A stretch of DNA of 47,034 bases from Macrostomum lignano (Eukaryota): positions 1 to 47,034 of the forward strand of contig NIVC01004402.1 in the NCBI GenBank assembly GCA_002269645.1. The letters are read 5' to 3'. The notes under the pieces were generated by a model. The model saw nothing but the letters and a program-made list of their open reading frames with translations. It was not told the DNA's origin and did not search any database. Shown in pieces: positions 23,801 to 33,700 of this stretch (its first letter is position 1; each line of letters starts with the position of its first letter). A program made the translations under genes and the position numbers.

Positions 23801-26800
23801 GAAAGCTGTCGCCGGGTTTGCTGCAGACGTATCGGCCGGACTCGCTGACATCAGGCCGACTGTCGAAGAATATTGACTGTCGGTTGAGGACGAGGTCCCG
23901 GGTTCGAGTCGGCCAGGCGGCAGCACGGAGAGCCGGTAAGCCAGGCGGTCTTCAATAATTCTCCGCAGGCCGGGGTCGCGCCAGCCGCACCTGTAGACGC
24001 CGCTGCCGTCGCTTTGTCGAACCGAGGCGAACAGCAGGGCGCCGTTGCTGGGGTCGATGCCCATTCGAGCGGCGCCTGCGGGAGCAGGTTGGCCAGGGTG
24101 ACTTCTACGTACGCGGAGGCAACACAGAGGGTCTACAGACTTTCTCCTCGACAGGAGTGTCAGGAATGAACCCCAGTTAACTCAAAATGCACGAGTCACA
24201 TTCTAATTACACCCTATTCAACTCAGGAGTCACACCCAATCCACCTCAGGAGTCACATCCAATCCACCTCAGGAGTCACAACCCATCCACCTCAGGAGTC
24301 ACACCCAATCCACCTCAGGAGTCACACCCCATCCACCTCAGGAGTCACACCCCATCCACCTCAGGAGTCACATCCAATCCACCTCAGGAGTCACAACCCA
24401 TCCACCTCAGGAGTCACACCCAATCCACCTCAGGAGTCACATTCCATCCACCTCAGGAGTCACACCCATCCACCTCAGGAGTCACATCCAATCCACCTCA
24501 GGAGTCACACCCATCCACCTCAGGAGTCACACCCAATCCACCTCAGGAGTCACATTCCATCCACCTCAGGAGTCACACCCCATCCACCTCAGGAGTCACA
24601 TCCAATCCACCTCAGGAGTCACACCCATCCACCTCAGGAGTCACACCCCAATCCACCTCAGGAGTCACACCCCATCCACCTCAGGAGTCACACCAATCCA
24701 CCTCAGGAGTCACACTCCATCCACCTCAGGAGTCACACCATCCACCTCAGGAGTCACACCCCATTCACCTCAGGAGTCACACCCCATCCACCTCAGGAGT
24801 CACACCCAATCCACCTCAGGAGTCACACCCCATTCACTCAGGAGTCACACCCATCCAATATCAGGAGTCACACCCCATCCACCTCAGGAGTCACACCCCA
24901 ATCCACCTTAGGAGTCACACCCATTCAACTTAGGAGTCACACCCCAATATCAGAAGTCACACCCCATCCACCTCAGAAGTCACACCCAATCCATCTTAGG
25001 AGTCACACCCCATTCGACTTAGGAGTCACACCCCCAATATCAGGAGTCACACCCCATCCACCTCAGGAGTCACACCCAATCCACCTTAGGAGTCACACCC
25101 CATTCAACTTAGGAGTCACACAGTAGCTTCACAATCGCAAGTTCGAATAATAAAACAAATAAGACAATGCAAGTCGAACCTTCGGTTGCCATGGGAACGG
25201 TGTGCAGCCGGCCAGTAGCGCTAATCAATTTGTGCCATGTAAACAGGCCGCCCATCAAACGCAGGTGAGAAGAACCACCTGAATCAGTGAGCGCGGCTGG
25301 AGCAGCTTTGCATGGCAACCGCAGGCTGTCGCCCGCTCTGCTGCTCACAGTAATTATCGGGGCAGATTGAGCAGCTTCCATGGTTGTTACTATGGCAACG
25401 TCTGAGACGGCAACGCCCAGGCTATTGACGGCGAGGCAGCGGTAGACTCCAGGCGAAATTGCCTCAAACGAGCTGTTCACTGAAAGTGAGTCAACATTAA
25501 TATATTCTTGGTTACTACAAAGGTCAGACTAAAAATTTCACAATAAAGATGCTCAAGATTTTCACCCTTAGCACTTCGAGCATTTACTCTTTAAAATCCA
25601 AAAGAAATAAGGGACTTATTTATTTATCCCCCAGCTTATTTTATTGCAAGATCTAATAAAATCAGATAAAAATTGACAAAAATCTGCTCACCATAGAAAG
25701 ATTTGTTCCGGCCAAGACTACTATTAGTAGCGATAACTTGACCGTCTCGATGCCACACTAAATTAGGCGGCGGATCGCCGAATGCGCCGCATTCCAGAGT
25801 CACGTGATCGGGCTTCAACAAGATCACGTGACGTTGAGAAGCCGGCCAATGGATAAAAGTAGGCGGCGTGCCCTCGTCTGATATCGGTCCTAAAAAGTGA
25901 ATTAGGCAGACGAAACTAATTTAAAAATAAATTCACCCCAGAATACACCACAGTCCCCGACCCCACAACACACACCCCACTCCCCGACCCCACAACACAC
26001 ACCCCACTCCCCGACCCCACAACACACCCACTCCCCGACCCCAGAAACACACACCCACTCCCCGACCCCAAAACACACCCCACGAACCCGACCCAACACA
26101 CACCCCACTAGAACACACGACTCCCCGACCCCAAAACACACACCCCACTCCCCGACCCCAAAACACACACCCCACTCCCCGACCCAAAACACACACCCCA
26201 CTCCCCGACCCCAAAACACACCCCACTCCCCGACCCCAAAACACCCCACACACCCACTCCCCGACCCCACACACCCCACACACACCCCACTCCCCGACCC
26301 CAAAACACATACCCCACTCCCCGACCCCAAAAGACCCCACTCCCCGACCCCAAAACACACACCCCGACTCCCCGACCCGATGCACACACCCACTCCCCAC
26401 CACGTGACGTTGAGGCCAATGGATAAAAGTAGGCGGCGTCCCCCATCCTAAACAAGTGACCCCCCCAGAATACACCACAACCCCCGACCAACACGACACA
26501 CACTCGACCCCAACTCCCCGACCCCAAAACACACACCCCACTCCCCCCCAGAAAACACACACCCCACTCCCCGACCCCAAAACACACCCCACTCCCCGAC
26601 CCCAAAACACACACCCCACTCCCGACCCCAAAACACACACCCCACTCCCCGACCCCAAAACACATACCCCACTCCCCGACCCCAAAAGACCCCACACCCC
26701 AAAACACCCAAAAACACACAGACCACACACACTCCCCGACCCAGAACACACACCCCACTCCCCGACCCGAAAACACACACCCCACTCCCCGACCCCAGAA

Positions 26801-27185
26801 CACACACCCCACTCCCCGACCCCAGAACACACACCCCACTCCCCGACCCGAAAACACACACCCCACTCCCCGACCCCAGAACACACACCCCACTCCCCGA
26901 CCCCAGAACACACACCCCACTCCCCGACCCCAGAACACACACCCCACTCCCTGACCCCAGAACACACACCCCACTCCCCGACCCCAGAACACACACCCAA
27001 TCCCCGACCCTAATTCAGACCTTAAAACAAGCAGTCCCTAGCAGGGACCATACAACAGAACACCACACTATTACTTTAGCAAAGCAGTTCAATAATTTAC
27101 CTGTTCCGTCACAAGATGCGACAAGTACGCTTGCAACAATCCAACTTAGTTTCCAAATCCAGGCCAGATAAAACACTAGTAGCAT
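11823..27185 (-). CDS. L1-CAM/neuroglian-family cell adhesion molecule (signal peptide, 6 Ig, 5 FN3, TM, cytoplasmic tail); ~1495 aa; 1-bp frameshift at ~22471
   Basis: 12 exons: 27185-27101, 25889-25692, 25479-25180, 24075-23599, 22556-21937, 19706-18974, 18188-17840, 17321-17103, 16403-15951, 14657-13901, 13102-12926 and 11941-11823. All are GT-AG and phase-consistent except exon 5, which is 620 nt (621 needed). Signal peptide MLLVFYLAWIWKLSWIVASVLVASCDGT. Six GxYxC Ig motifs, FN3 W...Y.V patterns (e.g. DLSPGSAYRVYLTART), TM AWLISLCLLLVGTTACVACLCGL, C-terminus ...PYQTRV*. Confidence 0.88.
12040..12905 (+). repeat. ~23-bp minisatellite (CCTGTGATCCCATCTACTCTAAT)
   Basis: Last intron of the L1-like gene. 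Shares the TGTGATCCCAT core with the 9990-11225 array. Confidence 0.95.
13255..13878 (+). repeat. 24-bp minisatellite (GGGATAATTAGAATCCAGATAGAT)
   Basis: Intron 10 of the L1-like gene. Confidence 0.95.
14690..15875 (+). repeat. 20-bp minisatellite (GTTTGGCGCGTATCTGATTA) grading into a GCGCCTCTCAT-type array
   Basis: Intron 9 of the L1-like gene. Confidence 0.95.
16440..17090 (+). repeat. 24-bp minisatellite (GCGTCACATTTGGCGCCAAGATTA)
   Basis: Intron 8 of the L1-like gene. Confidence 0.95.
17365..17812 (+). repeat. 21-bp minisatellite (CAGAGCGGAGTGAGGTGGGTA)
   Basis: Intron 7 of the L1-like gene. Confidence 0.95.
18225..18968 (+). repeat. ~32-bp minisatellite (CTGACACGATAGCCTACAATGACAAAGACTAA)
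   Basis: Intron 6 of the L1-like gene. Confidence 0.95.
19748..21930 (+). repeat. ~49-bp minisatellite (GCAGTGTACATCAGGAGTCGGAGCTTATTATAGCGGAGGTGGGGTGGGT)
   Basis: Intron 5 of the L1-like gene. Two unit variants, with an error-rich zone near 21150-21650. Confidence 0.95.
22790..23185 (+). repeat. 25/26-bp minisatellite (GCGGCGCCAAAATGAGTGCCTGTCT)
   Basis: Intron 4 of the L1-like gene. Confidence 0.95.
23330..23545 (-). mobile_element. Possible tRNA-derived SINE head/remnant
   Basis: Minus strand GCCGTAGTCTAGTGGT (A-box-like, 23527-23542) and GGCTCGATTCC (B-box-like, 23497-23507). The spacing is too short for a real tRNA. Confidence 0.35.
24222..25112 (+). repeat. 22/23-bp minisatellite CCACCTCAGGAGTCACACCC(A)AT, same family as 7866-8918
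   Basis: Intron 3 of the L1-like gene. The unit is identical to the right-hand block of the ZDHHC intron-1 array. Confidence 0.95.
25935..27010 (+). repeat. C-rich ~27-bp minisatellite (CCCCACTCCCCGACCCCA(A/G)AACACACA)
   Basis: Intron 1 of the L1-like gene. Contains an embedded copy of the exon-2 start at ~26401-26455. Confidence 0.93.
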
Positions 27186-27707
27186 TGCCAGTGCAGATTG
27201 AAAAAATCTACTGCTATCCAGACTACTGGGCTAGTAGCCACTTAAGATTAGCGATTGCTTAGGATGCATGGGCTGAAATGTGTATTTTTAGTGAGGTTAT
27301 CAGAGTTTTGATAAAAACAATAAATACCATGAATGTTTCAAATGAAATAAACAAACAAAATACAGATTCTATTCTACATGTCATCGAATATATTTTATTA
27401 TTGAGAAAAACTAGACAAAATATAAGCAATTTAAGGCAAGGCCTGCTTGAAAAAACAATGGATTTTATGTTCAGAAAAAATTATTTAATCAACGAACACA
27501 CGCTACGTGTCAATATACACTTTAAACCAAATGTTTTAAATAAAAAATGGACGGAATTAATTTAAAACAAATACGGTGACAAGCAAGCTAAATAAAAGCG
27601 ATTAAAATTGTACTACAAGCTACTTACAGTGGTTGCATTAGGCAACGTGTTTGTATCAAATTTCAACAAATTAAAACTATTAACAAACCGCACAACGGTT
27701 GTTTGTT

Positions 27708-28120
27708 AGTAGTAGGGCGAATTATGACACCGCCGCACCAGCACCGGCGAGACAGGCGGCAATGCAAATGCACAGGGAAAAATACACTGCGGAGATATGA
27801 GCCCTATCTCTGTGCATTGGGGACGGCTAAGCACTGCAGAGATATGAGCTCTATCTCTGTGCATTGGGGACGGCTAAGCACTGCAGAGATATGAGCTCTA
27901 TCTCTGTGCATTGGGGACGGCTAAGCACTGCAGAGATATGAGCTCTATCTCTGTGCATTGGGGACGGCTAAGCACTGCAGAGATATGAGCTCTATCTCTG
28001 TGCATTGGGGACGGCTAAGCACTGCAGAGATATGAGCTCTATCTCTGTGCATTGGGGACGGCTAAGCACTGCAGAGATATGAGCTCTATCTCTGTGCATT
28101 GGGGACGGCTAAGCACTGCG
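27708..28120 (+). repeat. Left TIR including seven 47-bp tandem units
   Basis: Reverse complement of 43999-44244. Units GAGATATGAGCTCTATCTCTGTGCATTGGGGACGGCTAAGCACTGCA at 27792-28120. A degenerate internal copy of the TIR tip lies at ~28137-28250. Confidence 0.95.
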
Positions 28121-28467
28121 GAGATAGAGGCGATTCATGATACTGCCGCACTAGCACTGGCGAGATAGGCGGCAAAAAGGATATAGGAAAAATACACTGC
28201 GGAGAGGATCCTATCTCTGTGCATTGGGAACGGCTAAACATTGCAGAGATAAGAGGGGTGGCCAATCTCTGTGCTCTGTGTTAGGGTAAGGTTATAAAGT
28301 TTTACAACTGCACAGAGGACGGCTGGTGTTGCTTACCTGGATAAGGGGACGGGGGGATACACTAATTACAGCCGGTGGCCTCTATAACGGTAAAGTAATT
28401 ATTACCTGAGCATGGCTGGATGTTCATATACGATATGATAAGGAGAGGGCATGCATGTACAAATTAC

Positions 28468-28475
28468 TATATAAG
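28468..28475 (+). promoter_or_regulatory. TATA box TATATAAG of ORF1
   Basis: About 103 nt before ATG 28578. The same octamer precedes the ORFs starting at 43638 and 36709. Confidence 0.6.
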
Positions 28476-28577
28476 CAGCCACGCAAGTACAAATAAACAA
28501 ATAGACAAAAACAAAATTGTATAAAAGGATTTTTAAAAACCTTACTACTTCTAAAAAACAACTCTTTCTCTTTCAAA

Positions 28578-29873
28578 ATGAAAACTTTTAAAAGTTGTCA
28601 TAGAGACCTCTATGAGGTCTGTATAAGCTGCGAAGTGTGCCTGCTTGGAGGCGTGTCCCCAAGACACCACGAGAATGAGAACTGTCTGGTCTCATGCTGG
28701 TTGGCATGCGACCAGTGCGGCACCGTCGAAGCTCTGCAGGAGGGAAAAATTCCAGCATATCATCGAGGACACAGGATCGTCAGCGATGACAAGAAAAAGC
28801 AAGAAAGTAACCGCTGGAAAGTAATCCGCGCCATCAAAAAGAGCAACGAGAGAGAAAAGAAGATCCAGCAGAAAAAGGGAGCCAGCAGGAGTCTGCTATC
28901 AGCTCACTTGAGTCAAGTAATTGACTCTACATTGAAGAGGATGAGGCCAAGCGGGTCTTCAGCAGCTGCAGAATTTGAAGTTGAGCTGTCTGCTGGAGTC
29001 GAGGCTGCTGGAGTCGAGGCTGCTGGAGTCGAGGCTGCTGGAGTCGAGGCTGCTGGAGTCGAGGCCGCTGGAGTCGAGGCTGCTGGAGTCGAGGCTGCTG
29101 GAGTCGAGGCTGCTGGAGTCGAGGCCGCTGGAGTCGAGGCTGCTGGAGTCGAGGCTGCTGGAGTCGAGGCTGCTGGAGTCGAGGCTGCTGCTGTCATAAA
29201 CTTCATAGAGGAAGATGTCCTGGATCAGTTCCTCAGGGAATTCAACGCTGGTCAGCAGCAGCAGCAACCTGTCTCTTCGGTTCCGGTGATTGCTGGAAAA
29301 CAACTTCATCTAATTGAAGACGACCACGAAATGGAAATCCTAGAAGAGGAGGGCAGCGACAATGAGTCGCATAATGCAATTGTGCCACCTGCAGCTCCAG
29401 CCGCCCCAGCTGCTCTGGCCGCCCCAGCTGCTCTGGCCGCCCCAGCTGCTCTGGCCGCCCCAGCTGCTCTGGCCGCCCCAGCTGCTCTGTCCGCCCCAGC
29501 TGCTCTGGCCGCCCCAGCTGCTCCAGCCGCCCCAGCTGCTCTGGCCGCCCCAGCTGCTCTGGCCGCCCCAGCTGCTCCAGCCGCCCCAGCTGCTCTGGCC
29601 GCCCCAGCTGCTCCAGCCGCCCCAGCTGCTCTGGCCGCCCCAGCTGCTCTGGCCGCCCCAGCTGCTCTGGCCGCCCCAGCTGCTCCAGCCGCCCCAGCTG
29701 CTCTGGCTGCCCCAGCTGCTCCAGCCGCCCCAGCTGCAGCCTCTACAATTCCAGCTTCTCAATCCGAAACTCCACCCGTGCCAGCTGGAGTTGCCTTCTT
29801 TCTGCCTCCTGTCGGCGGGGCTGGGTACGAGGTAACGATTTTCGAAAATCGTATTAGAATTGTGCCGCTGTGA
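28578..29873 (+). CDS. Polinton accessory ORF1 (431 aa): Cys/His-rich N-terminus, basic NLS-like stretch, EAAGV and AAPAAL repeat blocks, acidic/Gln segment
   Basis: Intact ATG-stop ORF with a TATA box. The 15-bp and 18-bp repeats both keep the frame. Confidence 0.75.
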   Translation: MKTFKSCHRDLYEVCISCEVCLLGGVSPRHHENENCLVSCWLACDQCGTVEALQEGKIPAYHRGHRIVSDDKKKQESNRWKVIRAIKKSNEREKKIQQKKGASRSLLSAHLSQVIDSTLKRMRPSGSSAAAEFEVELSAGVEAAGVEAAGVEAAGVEAAGVEAAGVEAAGVEAAGVEAAGVEAAGVEAAGVEAAGVEAAGVEAAAVINFIEEDVLDQFLREFNAGQQQQQPVSSVPVIAGKQLHLIEDDHEMEILEEEGSDNESHNAIVPPAAPAAPAALAAPAALAAPAALAAPAALAAPAALSAPAALAAPAAPAAPAALAAPAALAAPAAPAAPAALAAPAAPAAPAALAAPAALAAPAALAAPAAPAAPAALAAPAAPAAPAAASTIPASQSETPPVPAGVAFFLPPVGGAGYEVTIFENRIRIVPL

Positions 29874-30758
29874 CTAAGCAATTTTTGTACTTTTTTGCTT
29901 TCTGTGTGGAGTGAGAAATCTACCCATTTATTGCAATTATTGCTAAAACTTTATTTCAACTAGCTTTTTAAAGTTGAAAGTAGGTACATTAATTAATGAT
30001 TTGATCATCTCATAACTCTGTATTCGCTTCTAGGAATCTTGCTTATAAGTTTTCAGTTTTCATTTCCAAATTAGTTTTAAAAAAAGCTCGTAGCTCGTAG
30101 TGGCAACCAATATTTTTTTGGTATCCGAGGTAAAAAAAATTATTTGAAAAGTAGGTGAAACATTATACAGTTGAATTTAACAAATTAAAATCAACATAAC
30201 ATACTTTCAATAAATTGGTGATGGTTTCGTATGCTTGGTGCGATTGATTAGGTATAATTTTCTTTCTACTGCTTTGACGCGGTGTTTCCTCATTCTTTAA
30301 TTATTGAACTTTTCAGCTATATTTCTGCTTCTAAACTCTCGTCTGTATTTTTAATTCATTGTTCCATGCATTGTTTATTGACTATGATTGCACCATGTGA
30401 ATTCGATAATTTTTTAAAAAAATATATACATATAATGTCAGCATTTTTCCACTCGGTGATTGGTTTGTTAATTAACTATTGGCTTCATTTTGCATTTTTT
30501 ACCGATTGAGTCTGCGTAGGAGGCAAATAGAAACGAACTTTTACGAATAGGGATCAATAGAATATGCATGCAGAGAGCTAGCTTAAGGGAGAACCAAAAA
30601 AATATAACCAGCATCTACTAGCTTGTAAGTGTGGATATTGTACCAGTATTGCAGCAATAAAGACTTACGAAAAAGATTTCCAATATTCACTCCCAGTTGC
30701 TTATGACACTCAGTTGCAGCCAGTAAACACTGTCAGCTTTTAACTGCTTGCCTTTTCT

Positions 30759-33700
30759 ATGGTTGAGCACTCCTGGATGGAGCAGGAGAATGACCACTCA
30801 TGGATGGAGAATGACCACTCATGGATGGAGAATGACCACTCATGGATGGAGAATGACCACTCATGGATGGAGAATGGCCACTCGTGGATGGAGGATGACC
30901 ACTCGTGGATCGAGTATGACCACCCTTGGGTGGACCATGACGTCAGCAGCGAGTCAGCAGCCAGCAGCGAGTCGGCAGCCAGCAGCGAGTCGGCAGCCAG
31001 CAGCGAGTCGGCAGCCAGCAGCGAGTCAGCAGCCAGCAGCGAGTCAGCAGCCAGCAGCGAGTCAGCAGCCAGCAGCGAGTCAGCAGCCAGCAGCGAGTCA
31101 GCAGCCAGCAGCGAGTCAGCAGCCAACAGCGAGTCGGTGACTGATGCACACCAAGGTAAGTGCCTTTATTTATCCTTTTCAACTTACTTAAAAATTTTCT
31201 TATCAATGCGATGTATATTATGCAGTCTAAAATTTTAGTCCAAAGAATGGGAGAAGGGGAGATAAAAGACTTTATACCGGTAGGGTTGTACATGTATGCT
31301 TGGGTACAGACGTTTAGTTTAGTATCTTTGATATTTGAAACTATAGGCAGCAAAAAACAAAAATATTATCCTAAAACCACAAACCAGGTTCAACAGTCAG
31401 CTTCAGCAGAGTTGCCCAAGCCTATGATCAATCACTGGAAATACTGAGGCTCAGATCGAGTCACCCAGACACGCTTCCGTCAGAATTTTTTGTCCAAGCT
31501 GGAGACAAAATTATTGAGGCAGTTCAGCAAAGAATTTCAAGACATCATTACAAAGTTCAGCTAAAGGCGAATATTCGAATGGTCCGAATAAGAGATGGGG
31601 AGATGCTTGCCGAAGAGGACAGATGGATAAGCTGTAAAATGCAGGCCCTAGACCTAGGTGGTGAAGCAGGCCGTTTAAACAACTGGTTGATTGAGCAGGA
31701 GCAGGAGTTGGAGAGGATCTGTAGTATGATTAATACGAACGGCAGTGGCTGGACAATTAAACAAATTAATTTTCTAGACATCAACCTTGCCAGGTACAAT
31801 CCAATTCGATTTCGCCAGGGCAGAGCCGTTAGATTCAATCTTCCTGCCAGTTTGAAGAACAAAAAGGCTGTTATCAATCCACCGAGCACAGGCAAAGACT
31901 GTTTCCTGTACGCCTGTCTCGCTGCACTGCACAGCGCCGATCCGAAAGTTCAGAAATCGCCCAACAGAATATCCTCTTACGATGAATGGTTGCGTGAGCT
32001 GGACTTTGCAGAAATCTCCATGCCAGTGAGTGTCGCTGATATCGATCGCGTCGAGTCTAACAATCCAGGAATTTGCATTTCTGCGTTCTCTTGGCAGCAG
32101 GGCAGTGTGACTCTTCTCCGTCGCCGCAAGCATGAGTCAGATGACCGAAGACACCTCATGCTTTTGCTAGTTAAAGACAGCTACGGATCGGAGCACTGGT
32201 GTGCAATTACTAATTTTGACAGGTTAATGAACAGTCGTAATGGTCCCGCCATGAGGAAGTGGTGCACGAAATGTTTAACATCATTTTATAGCAACGAGAG
32301 GCTTCAAGAGCACAGGAACGAATGCAGCATTACTGCAGAAAATCCTGTCAAAGAAACGCTTCCAGTTCCAGGACAGAATGAAATAAAGTTCCGAAACTGT
32401 CAAAACACTGTCAGTCCACCATTCGTTGCCTATGCCGACCTGGAAGCCATTTTGCGAGCGAACACAGACCCTGCTAACCTGATCTCAAAGCATGAACCAT
32501 GTGCAGCAGCTTTTCTTGCAGTGCCTCGTGAAGGCATGACAGGACCTCCGCTTAGGCCAGAAGGAGACATGTACAAGGTCTTTTGCAATGCGGACCCTGA
32601 TGAGTGTATCCTTGGTTTTCTCAAATCTCTTGAAAGCCTGGCTCAGGATATATTTCACTGGAACCAGAAGCATAGCCACCAGCCGGCTGACCGATCATCC
32701 GCGACCGTCATGGATGATTTCAATTCTGCTGAGGTATGTCACTACTGCAAGAAGAACTTTAAAAGTTCTACAGATAAACATTTTGACCACGATCATTTAA
32801 ATGGACAGTACAAAGGTGCAGCATGTCAAGAATGCAACCTGCGAGCACAGCTCCGACGCCGGTTTCTGCCCCTGGTTTTTCACAACTTAGGCGGCTACGA
32901 CCTTCATCTTCTACTTTCCACTGCGCTTGGGAGCATGAAAAATTGGAAACTTAGTGTTGTTCCGCAATCATCCGAGCGATACTTGTCACTAAGGGCGGAA
33001 TTCCCTGTTGCAAGTTACGTAAAGAACGGAAAAGTTGTGCCAATCATGTTTACAATTCAGTTCATCGACTCGCTCTGCTTTTTGAAGGGAAGTTTGTCCA
33101 ATTTGTTTGCTAATCTTCCCGAAGCTGAATGCAAGCTGACAATGCAAATGCTTGAGTCAAGACCACATCTTTCAAGAGAGCTACTTCGAAAAAAAGGGAT
33201 TTTCCCATATGATTACCTCACAGGATTTGAGATTCTCGAGCAGTCGGTTTTGCCACCTAAAGATGCTTTTTTTAATCGACTTTCCGATAGGGGAATTTCC
33301 GACGACGACTACAATAGAGCAAGAGCGGCATGGGCGGCATTTCAATGCAAAAGTTTGAAGGATTATATGCTCGCCTATCTTGAAATGGATGTAAGGCAGC
33401 TGGCTGACATTTTCGAGACATTCCGACAGGCCAGTCTGAAAGAGGACGGATTGGATCCGGTACACTACTTTACTACTCCTGGTTTGTCTTACGACTCAGC
33501 TCTAAAGTCGACTGGAGTGGTTCTAGAGCAGCTGACTGATGCTGACATGTATCATCTGTTTGAGAAGGGAATACGAGGAGGCATGTCCTTCATTAATGTG
33601 CATTGCGTCAAAGGTAATAATCCTAGCTTGCCAGGTTATGATGATCAGCAAGAGAGTGTAAGCCTCATGCCGATCGATATGAACAACTTGTATGGCTTTG

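Noticed and set aside
28913-29835. Alternative-frame repeat ORFs over ORF1 (ASTPA, LDSSS, WGGQSS, PPQLLW) and over polB exon 1
   Set aside because: Shadows of in-frame 15/18/21-bp repeats. Only the + frame has an ATG/TATA context and unique flanking coding sequence.
32730-32850. Endonuclease-VII-like insert in pPolB as a novelty or homing endonuclease
   Set aside because: A known, regular feature of many animal Polinton pPolBs. No intein or intron boundaries were seen.
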